64,000 bases of DNA from Rhina ancylostomus (Eukaryota), in assembly GCA_030265395.1 (NCBI GenBank), contig JARFYF010000055.1:29788015-29852014 (forward strand), read 5' to 3'. Within the stretch, counting starts at the first letter, position 1; each line of letters starts with the position of its first letter. Below the pieces are notes generated by a model. That model saw only the letters and a list, made by a program, of their open reading frames with translations. It ran no database searches and had not been told where the DNA came from. Shown here one piece after another: positions 14,275 through 27,958 of this stretch. The translations under genes were made by a program, and so were the position numbers.

Positions 14275-15040
14275 ACTACCATATAGTGAATACATACGGT
14301 AAATGGCAGGAGCCTTAGTAGCACTGACGTACAGAGGGATCTTGGGGTGCAAGTCCATAGCTTCCTGAAAGTGTCAACACAAGTGGATAGGATGGTACAG
14401 AAGGTGTACAGCATGCTTGTTTTCATCATTCGGGGTGTTGAGTGTAAAAGTTGGGAAGTCATGTTGCAAGTTGGCAAGTCAAGTTGGGAAGTCGGGCCAC
14501 ATTTGGAGTATTGTGTGAAGTTCTGGTTGCCACACTACGGGAAGGATGTGGAAGCTGTGGAGAGGTTGTTGGAAGAGGTTCACCAGGACGTTACCTAGAT
14601 TGGAGAGTATTAACCATAAGGAGAGGTTGGGTGAACTTGGCTTGTTTTCTCTGGAGCGTCGGAGGCTGAGGGGAAACCTGATAGGAGTATATAGGATTAA
14701 GGGAGGCACAGGCAGGTAGACAGTCAGAGAGTTTTTCCCAGGGTAAAAGTGTCAAATACTAGAGGACACAGGTTTAAGGTGAGAGCGGAAAGTTTAAAGG
14801 AGATTTGCGAGACAATTTTTTTTACAGAGTGGTGGGTGCCTGGAACACACGGCCAGAGGAGATGGTGGAAGTGGATACAAAAGCAAGTTTAAGAGGCATT
14901 CAGACAGATACATGAACAGGCAGAGAATATAGGGATACAGACCAGGTGCAGGTAGACGGGATTGGTTGGATTGGTAACATGGTCAACACAAACATGGTGA
15001 GCTGAAGGGCCTGTTCCTATGCTGTACTGTTCTATGTTCT
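14275..15040 (+). mobile_element. CR1 LINE 3' fragment
   Basis: QRDLGVQVH and PHLEYCVKFW motifs, plus a (ttctatg)n tail. Confidence 0.88.
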
Positions 15041-16813
15041 TCGTTTGCTCTACACACCTCTGTTCAACTGCTGACTAGACTGATTAAAATCTTCCTCCCT
15101 ATCTGGTGAGGTTATTACCTTCAACCTCTGTGATTCACAATCCAGTCTTGCTGTGTCTGAGTAGTTGAGTAATACTTTGAAGTGGGGGTTCAGTTATTGG
15201 GAAACCGCATTGGATTCAGGTGACAGGTTTGCGATGACAAGCTGGCCTTTCAAATCCACCACCTGATTTCAGGTTCAGAGAAGTTGAGGTGGTGAGATGC
15301 AAAGTCATTTGTCTGAAAAAGTTTGTCAGCCATTTCTGGAACTCCAACTGATGAGTTTGCTGGTCCCTCTGGTGGTTGCTAACTGAATTGAGCTCATGCT
15401 CTGGCCTAATTTCCAGCGAAACAAGTCTGCATAAACCATCCATCACTTAGCATTAATTGTCAATCGGAAAGGCACTTGTAGAATGAGCAAATTGTACAAG
15501 ACTTCAACAGTGCACCTCAGTGGCATAAACTATACTGCAGAAATTGAGGGTTGAGGCAATTGTGAAGTCATTGCATGGAAACCTGATATGGAAGTGCTTA
15601 ATGGAAGGAGAGAAGGGATACATTATGTGACATAGCTTGTCAAACATGAGCCTACTCCAATCAATATAATTTCTCACAAAATAAACAGTTTGGGCATCTG
15701 TTGTCAGTTTATGTAATTGTGTTATTTTTACAAATGTCACAAATCATGACAATAACAGAGTAAAGCCTCTCTCTCTTGAATTGGCTTTATATACTTACTG
15801 CCTTGACAGACAACTAACTTACACTGAGGAGACCCTCCTGGACTCAGAGTAACATGCTTCTTCTCGTTTTACCCTGCTGCAGCAATCTATGATCTTGGCG
15901 ATCTTTCAGGATTTTATTTTGTAAAAAAAATCCAAGCCCAATTTTAATGATGAATGTTAACCTTGTATTTTGAAGAGGTGTACCAGGGAGAAGCAATGAT
16001 AAAATCAGGGCCACCGTGAACTAGAACGGTTGGAGAAGGTGGCTTACCATCTTCTCAAAGGGCAATTAGGGATGGGCAATAAATGCTGGCTTGCCAGCAA
16101 CGCTCGGGTCCTGAAAAATGAATAAATGAAATAAAAACCTCCATCCAACAAGGTATGGAATAGGAGCAGATCTGTCCTATCCTGCAGGGAACGTGACCTT
16201 TGGCCCTCGTTTTCAACAAAAGGTCAGCTCAGAGGGATCTGGAATGCATCCAGAGTGGACACTGCTGGGAAACAAGACTGAAGAGGTATTAACAACAGAG
16301 AAACAGAGACAAGGGTAGGCAAGTTAGAACAAGATACGTTAATAGAAATGAAGGTAAAATATGGTCAAAACAGCAGAAGAGGACAGGGTGGAGGTGGTAA
16401 TAAAAATGATAAAGTTTCATCCTCACCCACTGTGCTCCCTGTAGCTCAGTAGAAACAGTTTTCTTGCCTCTGTGTTGGAGCATGTGATTCAAACCCTGCT
16501 CTGGAAATTTAAGCATAATCCTGAGGTAGCATCAATGCAGTACTGAAGAAGTGATGCACAGTTAGATGATGGAAAGAGTGCCATCTCAGAGGCTATAAAA
16601 GGTCTAATGGGACTATTCAGAGAAGGATGGGGATATCTCCCTTAAGTTCTTGCCATTATTTATCCCTTACTATTTGAAAACAAATTACCTGGCTATAATA
16701 TTGCTGCTATTTATGGGAGCTTGTCTTATATAAAAATTTCCTACATTATAACAGTGACTGCACTTTTAATATACCTCACTGACTATACAACACTTATTTT
16801 CATGAATGATACA

Positions 16814-17217
16814 TGTTACGAACCAGCAACAAAAGGAACACACTGAGTCATGTATCAGCGTTAAACACTATTTTATTAATAACTACTTATGATAATAAGA
16901 AAAATAAAAGTAAAACTTTTAGAATGTTAGAAGTAAAAATGTTAGATCTTAAACATTAACCCCAAAATCTAAACTCAAAGTGTGTGTGCGGCAAATTCCC
17001 AAACTCCAATTCCAGGAATAATTCTCAAAGGTCAGTTCAACAAGCCGTAAGGTGAAACGTGAGCAAAGGCTTCTTCAACAACCACCGTTGACTGAAGACA
17101 AAATGTAGAGAGAAAATNNNNNNNNNNNNNNNNNNNNNNNNNNNNNNNNNNNNNNNNNNNNNNNNNNNNNNNNNNNNNNNNNNNNNNNNNNNNNNNNNNN
17201 NNNNNNNNNNNNNNNNN

Positions 17218-17276
<59 letters not shown>

Positions 17277-17322
17277 CTCTATCTTAAAGGGACATTCACC
17301 AATAGTAACCTAGTTTGTAACA
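16814..17322 (-). mobile_element. Solo LTR with 4-bp TSD TACA, containing a gap and a (CA)n tract
   Basis: Inverted termini TGTTACGAAC / GTTTGTAACA. TACA at 16810-16813 and 17323-17326. AATAAA on the minus strand near the left end. Confidence 0.7.
17218..17271. repeat. (CA)n microsatellite abutting a gap
   Basis: Read directly. Confidence 0.95.
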
Positions 17323-17919
17323 TACAAGATAAAGGAACTTTTCTGTTATTTTTATATCAATCAATAAGTTTGTGTATAGGATATAACATGTAATTTGGAT
17401 TGTTGCCAGAATAAATGTTAAGAAATTGACTGCTTTAATTATACAAGGGCTTTATCTTTAGTTTTGGGAAGGCACTTCTGACAGAGAAGTAACATCAGCA
17501 TTAGCACATTATCGTGAGGAACACCTCAGGAGATCCATGAATTTTACCATTAAAGAGAAAATACTGAATTTATAAGCAAAAGCTTGTTCCAGCATCAGGT
17601 TGTGGATTGAAAGATGTAAAATGGCCAGTCCCAATGGTCTGGAAGTTAGTTCCTTGGCCCTGCTGTTAGCTAAATTATTGATAGGTTTTGAATATTAAGG
17701 AATGGAGGAAGTGCAGGAAGGTGGTGCCAAGATACAAGACCTGCCACGATCTTATTGAACGGCAGAGTAGATGTGACCCTCTCTGGCTTCTAGTTCTTAT
17801 GTTCTTGATATTAAAATTTTTGGAACGACCAAATGTGCAACCTCAATATTGTCCATTTTGTGGATTTATTCATCAGTGTTTAACTGGAGCCACATTAACT
17901 AGAGTTACATGAGGTGCAC

Positions 17920-18760
17920 ATAAGAACATTAGAAATAGCAACAGGCATAGGCCATTTGGCCCATTGAAGCCTGCCCCACCATTCAGCAAGATCCAAGGCT
18001 GATCTTCGACCTCAAGCACCAATCTCCTCTCCTGTTGTCAGCAGACAGAAAACTGTTGATCTCAGTACTGAATATATCAATGACTGGGTCTGCACTGTCC
18101 TCTGGATAGAGAATTGTAATGATCTACCACCCTCTGGGTGAAGAATCTTCTTCTCATATCAATCTTAGATGGGCTGCACCTTATTCTGAGACTGTGATAC
18201 CCTAGTTCTAAGCTCTTCAACCAAGGAAAATATCCTCCTTGCAACTACCCTGTTGAGCCTAAAAAGAGTATTGAACATTTTAATGAAATCGCTTTGTATT
18301 CTCTAAAAAATATAGAAAATAAAGGCCAGCCTACTCAATCTCCTCTTATTTGATAGACTCTCCAATCTCCAGGTGTATTCTCTCTAAGGATGTTTACAAT
18401 TCTAAAAAGACATCCTTATTAAATCATCTCATAATAAGGGCCAATATACCATTTGGCTGCTAAACTGCCTGCTTCCCCTGCATATTAGCTTTCAGTGATT
18501 TCTTTACAAGGACATCCAGGTCCCAATGAACGTCAACATATCCCAGTTCTCACCATTTAACCAGTGCTCAGAATTATTGTACTCTCTACCTAAATGGATA
18601 GAGAGTACATTTTTCATCATTGCTTTCCATCTGCCATACTCTTGCCCAATCACTTAAACTTGTCTACATCCCCTTGACATCCCTTTGTTTCCTCATCATT
18701 ACTGACATTCTCACTTAGCTTAGTATCATCAGCAAACTCTTCAATGTTACGTTTGATTCC
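17920..18760 (-). mobile_element. Old CR1 LINE fragment
   Basis: EFADDTKL motif and a CR1-like 3' end at about 17920. Confidence 0.7.
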
Positions 18761-18863
18761 CTGTATGATCAGGCCCATTTTAAGTGACAACCCACAGTGA
18801 TTAGTACAATTAAACATTCCACCTTGATTGGATTTGGTCTCATTTGTTTTCATCTCTCGGGCA

Positions 18864-19158
18864 GGCACGGTAGTGTAGCAGATAGCATAACACTATTACA
18901 GCGCCAGGGACCCAGGTTCAATTCTGGCCTCTGTCTGTAAGGAGTTTGTACGTTTTCCCCGTGTCTAATGGGTTTCCTTGAGGTGCTCTGGTTTCCTCCC
19001 ACATTCCAAAGATGTAAAGGTTAGGAAGTTGTGGGCATGCTATGTTGGCGCCAGAAGTGTGGTGACATTTGTGAGCTGCTCCCAGAACATTCTACACAAA
19101 ATACGCATTTCACTGCATGTTTCGATGTACATGTGACTAATAAAGTAATCTTATCTTA
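18864..19158 (+). mobile_element. Full-length tRNA-derived V-domain SINE
   Basis: A/B boxes (ggtagtgtagc, ggttcaattc), V-domain gctctggtttcctcccaca and a (atctt)n tail. Confidence 0.85.
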
Positions 19159-22084
19159 ATTGGACCAGAAAATGTTACTGGCTGGTCCAATGCCTGTGGT
19201 TTATCAGTCTTATGTAAGATGCACACAAAGCTGTAGTTAAGGGTTTGATCCCCTTGGTCATTGCAGTTGTTCAGCAGAAGCAATGACCAGGGATGTTAAT
19301 TGGACATTCTCCCCACACATCTCATGATATCACTGTACAGCAGCTCACAGTCAACACCTCTGCTACTCTTTATTGTGAGCAGTGTATCTTAACTCATCTA
19401 TCTGAAGAAATGCTCACCTGTTCCCAATTCGGCTGTACCTTCTAAGCATGAGTCTGGTTGGTGAAAAGTGCCAACATCCTGGGTGCAACGCTTCAAAGCT
19501 ACAAGATTTCAACTGTGTGTGGCCCAGGGACATTTATTTAAACCTAATTAATGTCAGAAGTTATAACTGAGATGGGATTACTGTATTCATGAGATACTTA
19601 CATCATACATCCATATTTTATAGAAACAACTGAGTTTACTCAAGTAGATGTATGAATTGCATAATTTGGGCAGGTTAAATTATTTCGTGGCTCGTGTGCA
19701 CAATTTATGCTTTTCAAGTTAGGAATGTTATAACCTGGAAGGATAGTTTCACCCCTTATTGTCTGACCAGGGTCTACACCAAGCCCAGATCAAATCCAGG
19801 ACATTGTCCTTCTCTCCCAAGCTATCTCTTTTGTTGGTTTTATTTCTGGTAGTTCGATAGCACAAACTAAAGTCTCCAACCACCCTCCTTCCCCATGTTC
19901 CTATCAGTGGACACCTGATATGTCTGGCTTCATGGCAATCCTTGTTTTGGCACCAATTGGAAAGAAAGCACTCCTGAATACCTCACAGATGATTCTTAAT
20001 TGTCAGTTAACCAGCAATATTCCCATCATGGATTTTATCAGAACTATTAATTGTAAGTAATCAAAGAAAATAAGGAGGATCACACAATTGTTTCCAATTG
20101 CCCTTGAGATTCAATCTTTTATTCCAGGAGATTAATGGGTGAAGAACTTACTAAGTGAAGCTAGAGGTTATACGCCCATTGTGTGCAAGTTGCCTCACGG
20201 TAGAATAAATTCTGTCGGTGCCATTTTCACTCTCCTTATTTCTCTGTACCCTTTTATTTTGTTCTCTCTCACATACACTTCAATTCACCTTTGCTTCTTT
20301 TGCCATTTAGCTACAATAGGGGATAATTTACAGTGGCTAACAAACCTATCTGCACATCTCTGTGATGTGGGAGGAAACGAGAAACATCTGTCGGAAACCC
20401 ATGTGATCACAGGAAGAATTTGCAAATCCTATACACTACATACAATATATACTCCAGTGTTTTTTTCTGAATGAATGTGTTAATTTGATGCAGTTTTGTG
20501 CTATGTACTTTTGCATCATTTTGGGTTAAAGCTGAACCTCAGTTCCAGAAATGAAAGTTAAGAAATTATCAAAGAGACAGAGGCAGCGGTTTCTTATGAT
20601 GATAAGGTTAAGAAGAATTGTTGGGTTAAAGTCGAGAGGACTGCACCTGTTTTGTTTTACTACTTTAGGTACTAATTGGTATCTTTAAATACAGGAAATC
20701 TTCCTCTGACTTTCTCAAATAATTATGTTATATATTTTTAGTATTCGTGCTCTGAAATTTTGAAGCCATCTTTAAGATCAGTCAAGGATGTTGAATGCTG
20801 CTGCTAGTCTGTAAAATATGTTTGAATTATTGTTTTTAATAACTAATGCAGTGAAAATTAATTTGTCTTCTGCCTTAGTAAATAATTATTTCCTTATAAT
20901 TTTGCAACTCTGAAAACACATGGATGTTTCTATCATCACATCAGTATAGTTGACAAACCCATTTGAAAACATATTATCTTATGTAATAAAAGACTTCATA
21001 TACATGTAATCATATGTTGATAAAGCTTTTCCAAAATCAAGGGACCTTCCATGTAGTAGTAGGGAGAAATTTATGTCTCAATCTTACTCTGTCTGCAGCT
21101 ACTCTGACTCTTTACTTGTTAACTGTTCATCGAACATTCTGTGCATCAACTGGTAACTTGAAAGATTTCAAAAGAAATTAACAGCTGTCTAAGTCTTTAT
21201 GAACCTATGTTATTTGGTGGTAATTTCCAAAAGTCAACTTTACTATTCTTGGCATAATACTTTACAGTCAGAAAGTAATTGTGTCCATTCCATTTATAGG
21301 TTTCATTACTTGCTTTGGATCTGCATATTTGGAGGCACAAGTTTTGTTTATGAGAACACCCGACTCAGAATCATGACTTGTGTGGCCTCCAACTATTTAT
21401 TATCAGTTTTCCCTGCTGTGAATATCAACTCACAGAAGCAACAAGTAATTTATCGTTCACTGTGAATGCAATGCCACCAGATGATGCAGACCTCTGGAAG
21501 AATAATGGGCAATATTCAGCATTGTAATCATGCCATCTCCCCCTTGGTGTTTAACGTAATGAGTACCTGTGAAACTGAAATGAATGCTTCAAATGGTTCA
21601 GATTTACAATTATTTGTGATTAGGCTGCATTTTGTCTTTACTTTTTAAAAAATGTATCCATGCCATGGGTCAAAAATCCCACTGGCTGCTCAGTGCTTCA
21701 GAACTGTTAATAACACATCTCTAATTGGCAGTATCCAGGCAAAGCTGTCAGCAATGATTTGGGAAGTGGAGAAGTGGAGTTACTGCTCTTAGAATGAACA
21801 TGAAGCTATGTAGTTGTGGCAGAACAAAATACACTTTAATCCCAGTCTAATCTAAGCCACGTAGTCAAGAAGTACATGATGTTGACTCTGGTTCCAGTGG
21901 AGGGAAGGGTCAATTACATTCCCCACATGTCTGTCACCATAAGTATTTAATAAGGACTAAGATGTATTTTTTGAATTTAGGAACTGCATTTTTTTCTGTG
22001 ATGTTTTCTTCACATTTCTGCCTCAACACAATTGCATTAAATGTATATTAAGGCATGTAGTTCTGCCATTGGTGCAGGTTGACA

Positions 22085-22515
22085 CACTTACATCCCAGTC
22101 AGAAGGTTGTGGATGCCCATCTTACTCCAGAGACTTGAGTTCAATAGTCTAGGCCGAAGACTTCAGTGTTGTACTGGCTGAGTGTTGCACTGAGTAAGGT
22201 GGTATCATTCTGATGTGATGTTAAACTGGGATCCCATCTTCCTTCTCAAGCAAAAAATAAATCACATAACACTGCTCTTAAGAACATGGGGTATTTTCGC
22301 TGGTGTTCTGGCAAATGTTTGTCCCTCAGCCAACATCATCTGAGAATAAGAGTTGCTGGTCATCAACTCACCATTGTTTGTGTGATCTTGGTGTGTGCAA
22401 ATTATCTGCCGCAATTCATACATTGCATTAGTGACTACATTCCAAGAAGTTTTTTTTTACACTTTGACTTGCTTCAGGAGGTCTTGAAATAATGAAAAAC
22501 ACTGCATAAATGCAT
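22085..22515 (+). mobile_element. Deu-domain SINE (SacSINE1/AmnSINE-like), near full length; related copies at about 9390-9700, 16440-16810 and 24860-25445
   Basis: Recognisable Deu core (gtgttgcactg...gatgttaaac...ggtgttctggcaaatgtttgtccctcagccaacatc), shared between the copies. Confidence 0.65.
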
Positions 22516-24965
22516 GCTGTAGTTGGGGTCTGGAACATTTGTTACTGATGTACTGTGTTGCTATTATAGTACAATAGCACCATCTGCTGCTTTTTGATGC
22601 TAAAGCACAGGACTACGAAAATATGTAAAAACCTCTAACAATGGTTTATTCAAGAGAAGTGTAAGTATAAACAACTTCCTTGTGATAAACATGACAAAAA
22701 AAGTACTTAAATATCAAGAGAAAGAACAAATGGGACTAACTTGTTATGAATATTCCATGTATTAAAAAGATGCAAATTTATAGATTTGCATATCTAGACT
22801 ATCTTCTTCACACATTTTCTACTTCAGCATCATTTTGCCCTGTGAAGCATTTCATTACTAAAATTGGTAGGGTATTAAGGGATATGGAACAAGGTGAGTG
22901 TGGGTGGAATCAAGGGACAGGCCAACCATAATCTTATTGAATGGCATAGCAAACTGAGGGTATTGAAGGACTACCCCCTGTTTATATGCTTCCAACGCTC
23001 CTGTTTCAGATTAGCAGCACACAGAGTGCACAACCTATTGTCATTATATTAGATTTTTGGTCAGATGACCTCTGGGAAGACCAACTCTGGAATCATGCAA
23101 GTTGCACTTGAGGTGTAAGACACCTGACAGGGCAGAAAGGAATGGAGTGAGTTAAAAAGGAATGATCATTTCCCAAATAGTGGGCAATTTTTATTTTCTA
23201 CAGATGGGAAAGTATCAAAAAGCACTTAGTATAGTCTGCATTGTAGAGCTTTATCCCATCATTTATTATCAAGTCATCTGTTTTGAAGCCACATTAACTG
23301 TAGGGATACCATTGATGGTGCAACAACCCACCTCCACTTTGCTCTGTGATGGGTTAATGTTGGCAGTCAGGATCTCAATCAATCCAGTGTGGGATTAGTT
23401 GAGTTGGTTTTCATCATGTGTAATTTCTCAAGCAGAAGAACCTGGTGGTGAATATCTCCTCTTCAGCCAGGGATCTCCATTGACTCTTTGACTGGACATA
23501 GATCCTTCTCACCCAGGCTAACCCTGGATGAGGCTGTGGGCAGTGAGCCACTCTAGTCCTTGACTGAATGAGGCTGTATTGTTAATATGGTATGAAATAG
23601 CACACCAAGGGAGGCCTGAGCTGACCTCTGACCTTCATTATAAACAACAAACCAAAATTTATCACCAAAAGCTACCAACACCCTGGACACCAACTCAATA
23701 AAATAGTTGCAAACACTTGTTGAAAATCTATTCAGCCACCATCTTGTATTGTCAGTTTTTGTAGTAATAGCATTTCGGCTGTTATGCGATATCTTCAATT
23801 TTGCCAAGAAATTGAATCAGAAAGCTAAAATAAATGCATCTTTAGATATCATCATGATTAATCCTGGAGGAATGAGATTCCTCTCTTAGAAACCAAAGTT
23901 TTCATGGTCAGAGTGCTGACTTGGGGATAATTACAACTTAAACTTATAGCTGAATGCACTGTTCATTACACTTTGACCTGTAACATTAACTATTTCTCTT
24001 TCCACACATGATGCCTGATCTGCTAGGTGTTTCCAGCACGTTCTATTTTTATTTCGGATTTCCATCTCTGCAGTTTTTATTGATTTTCAGCAATTTTCAA
24101 TGTCTGCATTTAACTATACGTGCTGAACCTGGAAGGTGCGCTCAAATTTATTTCATATGAACACTGACAACTTTTCTATAAAATCTGGGCCACTGAATAT
24201 AATTCATCATATGGTCATTGAACTCAACATTAAATTTACTGATCCCTTCGACCCATAGATGCTGCTCAAACACTTGCTACGCCTAATACAAGTCCTCCAG
24301 TCTCGCATGTGTCTGTTCAATGGTCTACCTGTTTGAAACAGTCTACGGCCAAGGATCAGAAGATAGAGAATGAGGGCAATTTTGAAAAGAAGCACAGGAG
24401 GAAACCTTTTCTTGCAGCAAACCACTACAATCTGGAATTGCAACTGGGGAGAGAGTGGAGGCAGATTCAGTCATGGTGGTTGAAAGAGAGTTGGTATTGT
24501 ACCCACACGTTTGGAAATGAGAGGCTTGCAGTGAGCCAGAGATGAATCTTTAATAGGTGGAGAGTCTTCTTGTAGTTGTGTAACGACAGGTAAGAGGTTG
24601 TGACATCTGCTTGAAAGGAAAATCTACAGGCCTATGTGGGGTAGAGTAGAACAGCTGGATTATTTCTTCACCAAGATGAGTCTTTTACCCAATTAAATGT
24701 CCTTCTCCTATCCTGGAACCATTTTATGATTCCTTGATCCACTTAAGGCCCATCGTGTGTAATAGTGCATTTGGATATTTTCTACAAAAATCTGCCTCAT
24801 CCTCTCTCTCTTCCCAAGAAATCAGTTGTCACAAGCTCTTATCCTTGACCGTATTATCCAGGCTGATACAGCACTGATGGAGGAATCACCCTTTAACTAA
24901 GACATTAAACTGAAGTTCCTTTCCCCCTTAGGTAGATTCAAAAGATCCTGGGTTACTATTCAAAT

Positions 24966-25310
24966 TAGTCATGGAGGCACAGAATCGTGCAGCGCAGAAA
25001 CGGGCCCTTCAACCAAATAATCCGTGCCAACCATGAGGCCTATCTATGCCCTCTAGTTTTGGACTAGCCTACTCTAGGAGAAACACTTTGGCTATCTCTC
25101 CTACTTTGCCCCTCATCATTTTATAAACTTCTTTAAGGTCACCTTCAGCTCCTACATTCCACTGAGAATACACCTAGTCTGTCCAGCCTCTTCTTACAAG
25201 TAAAGCTCTCTGTTCCAGGCAACATCCTGGTGAATCTCTTTTGCCCCCTTTCTAACGTTGCCTTGTCCTTTCTGTAGTCTGGCAACCAGAACTGTACACA
25301 ATACTCCAAC
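24966..25310 (-). mobile_element. CR1 fragment inserted in a Deu-domain SINE
   Basis: Similar to 8640-9190. The SINE halves lie on both flanks. Confidence 0.7.
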
Positions 25311-26498
25311 AGCAGGAGGCTTTTTCCAGTGTCCCTGACAACATTAACTTTTTAACCAAAAGCTGAAGTTGATCTGGCCAATTATCTCAATGCTATTCGT
25401 GGGATCTTGCAGTACGCAAATTAGCTGGGAGTTTTCCCTATATCACAAGATATGGGTTGAAAGATCAAAATATTTACAGCACAGGAATATGCCATTTTGC
25501 CCAACAGGCCTATGCTGATGATTATGTGTTACCTGACACTCCTCCTGCATCTCTAACCCCGTCAGCATATCCTTCCATTCCTTTCTGCCTTGTAATTTTA
25601 TCCTTAAATACAATTTTGCTGTTCACCTTAACTAATCCTCTGGTAACGAGTCCCATATTGCTGTCAGGTGCATCAGAGTGAACTGAGGTGTGAATGCCTT
25701 CCTTTACCCACTTCCGAGGCCACCTCCTGAATTCATTTGTCTCTCTTGCAGCAACACAAAATATTTTCCTTTATCTTCTCAACAGTGAGCTCAGTATGAT
25801 GAATGTGTGGACTCAATTTCTTGTAAGATAGCTTGCACAAGCCTTCAAAAATAAATAATAGCATCCAAGGTAACTACTCCTTGTCAGAAAGCTACACTGT
25901 GTTTCAAAAAGAAACTCAACTGAAAAGTTAATGACAATGTAATGACAGGAATACAAATGCATTATTGCAGCTGCATTTGAAATTGACTTGACATCAATCA
26001 AATAGGGCATTAATGATGGTTAAACTGCTGAATAGATAGTTACTATTTTATAACAGCCTGCATTCAGAATTTATTATACATAAATATATCCAAAATGACC
26101 AGCCACAAATTCCCCATGGCTTTTTTAAAATTTATATGACTGACGTTCAATGCAGAGCTGTTGGGGCAACTTGCCAAGGCAGAGGAAAATTTGATTTTGA
26201 AAACCCTGTCAACACTGCACACTAATAATTTAGGCAAGCAAACTATTTTACTTAATTGCTGCAGTGGAATGAGATTCATGGGTTTCTGTAGGTTCAATAG
26301 AGCAAACGTGCTTTTTATTAACTGCACTTGGGTGTACAAACCTAATTTCATGCAATACTAAGAAAAACTTTGATAGGTCAGATCCATCGCCTTATTGGAG
26401 CCTAACAGATGTTTTATCTGTTAAAAGGCAGAAAAGAAAATGGACTTTGTATGGACATGCACTCCACCCAATGATCTTCCATACATTGTTTTCAAGAG

Positions 26499-26587
26499 AT
26501 ATTTTGTACCTCAAGCTAGTCGGAGGATAATTTGGTCCAATGACTGTGGACCAAATTATCCTCTGACTAGCTTGAGGTACGAAATAT
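26499..26587. repeat. Near-perfect inverted repeat: 41-bp arms, 7-nt loop
   Basis: 26499-26539 is the reverse complement of 26547-26587 with two mismatches. Confidence 0.95.
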
Positions 26588-27923
26588 GGAAATCAAAAAA
26601 GTATTGAGGGTCAATGACAATGTTTGTTTTAAAGGACAACACTTAATAGTAGTATTTCCTTAGTTTACACTTTTGGCTTAAGACTTTGTGTACAATTCCA
26701 TAAAATGGGGTTTTACAACCTAATTCGGAAGCAAGAGTGCTACCAACTCAGCTGACATAGAGAGCCCAAAGTCTATCCTTTTAATGTATGACAAGCCTCA
26801 CTGAATGTCCAGTCTGTCAATCCAGAGATGGCAAGCATTTCTCACAAGAGGTCCATTCAGCCCACCAAATCTACACTGGCTCTCAGAGCAATTCTTGGGA
26901 TTTACAGCCCCAGTTGCACCTCAGGTTCAGTATTTGTGGAGTAGGTGGCCATATTTGCCCTTGACCTGTGCAAATTCTGTTGGGGGCTGTCCACCCTTGT
27001 TGAGGAAAGTCAAAGCCAGGAACCTGCTACAATGTAGTCAGTGATCAAGGATTTCTTCCCAACACTAGAAAAGTCTCTCAGATCCTTCAGTCTGGATCCA
27101 CAGCATGGACAGTGGTTGCTGATTCTCAGAATGGCCAGTTTGATTTTAAATGCTTTTGTAGTGATTTTGCCAAGTGTTTATGAATGGGAAGGCTGGTCTT
27201 TTTCCACCTTCTGGGAGACATTTGAATCACAGCACAGGGCACAAAGCAAGAACTGTTTGCCATCTTAAATATCACCATCCACACGGCAGCATTTAGGTAT
27301 ACACCTATTACATTCATGATGGCTGCAAGACTAGGTGGGGAAGTACTATGCAGCAGGATATGCAAGGGCCAATGTTTTAGTACTCTAGCTGCACTCCATG
27401 ACATTTTGGCAAGATTATTGATAAGATTCAGCTCCATTTTCACTTATTGGGCAGCATCTTTGAGATGAGGCAGCAAACCATGGTGAATTCTGACCAGAGC
27501 ATTGTATGGTTTAAGCACGATTTCCACAATATTCTATTTGTCTTCATATTGTGCTCCTACACCATTTCTGGACTTTCATGTATCATAACCCCTGTTCTTC
27601 AGCCACAAGCTGTTGCTTAGTAATTTTATTCTGTTTCCTGATGTTATAGTAGCAGCACACTACTCTGCCTCCACAACTCTATTGAATAGTATCTGTATTA
27701 TGAACATGGCAGTGACTTACTAAGGCACTAGACTCAAAACCATTTACAGTAAACTAAATATTTTCAAGATCTAAACCCAACATCCTTGTGGTTTTTGCTT
27801 TGTTTCCAATCACATGGGAAAAGTTGCCTTCCTGACTAAACATTCTTAGAATTTGCTAATGACTGCATGTTCTAGCCAGAATGTTTATTGTAACAATAAA
27901 GTGACTTCCAGAACCCCATTAAC

Positions 27924-27958
<35 letters not shown>
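27924..27958. repeat. (TA)n(CA)n compound microsatellite
   Basis: Read directly. Confidence 0.9.

Noticed and set aside
18864-18935. tRNA-like A/B boxes as a tRNA gene
   Set aside because: They continue into a SINE body and tail. No cloverleaf or terminator.
25884-25940. Minus-strand QLSFFLKH peptide as a possible last C1orf109 exon
   Set aside because: No phase-compatible AG acceptor upstream, and the similarity is too short.
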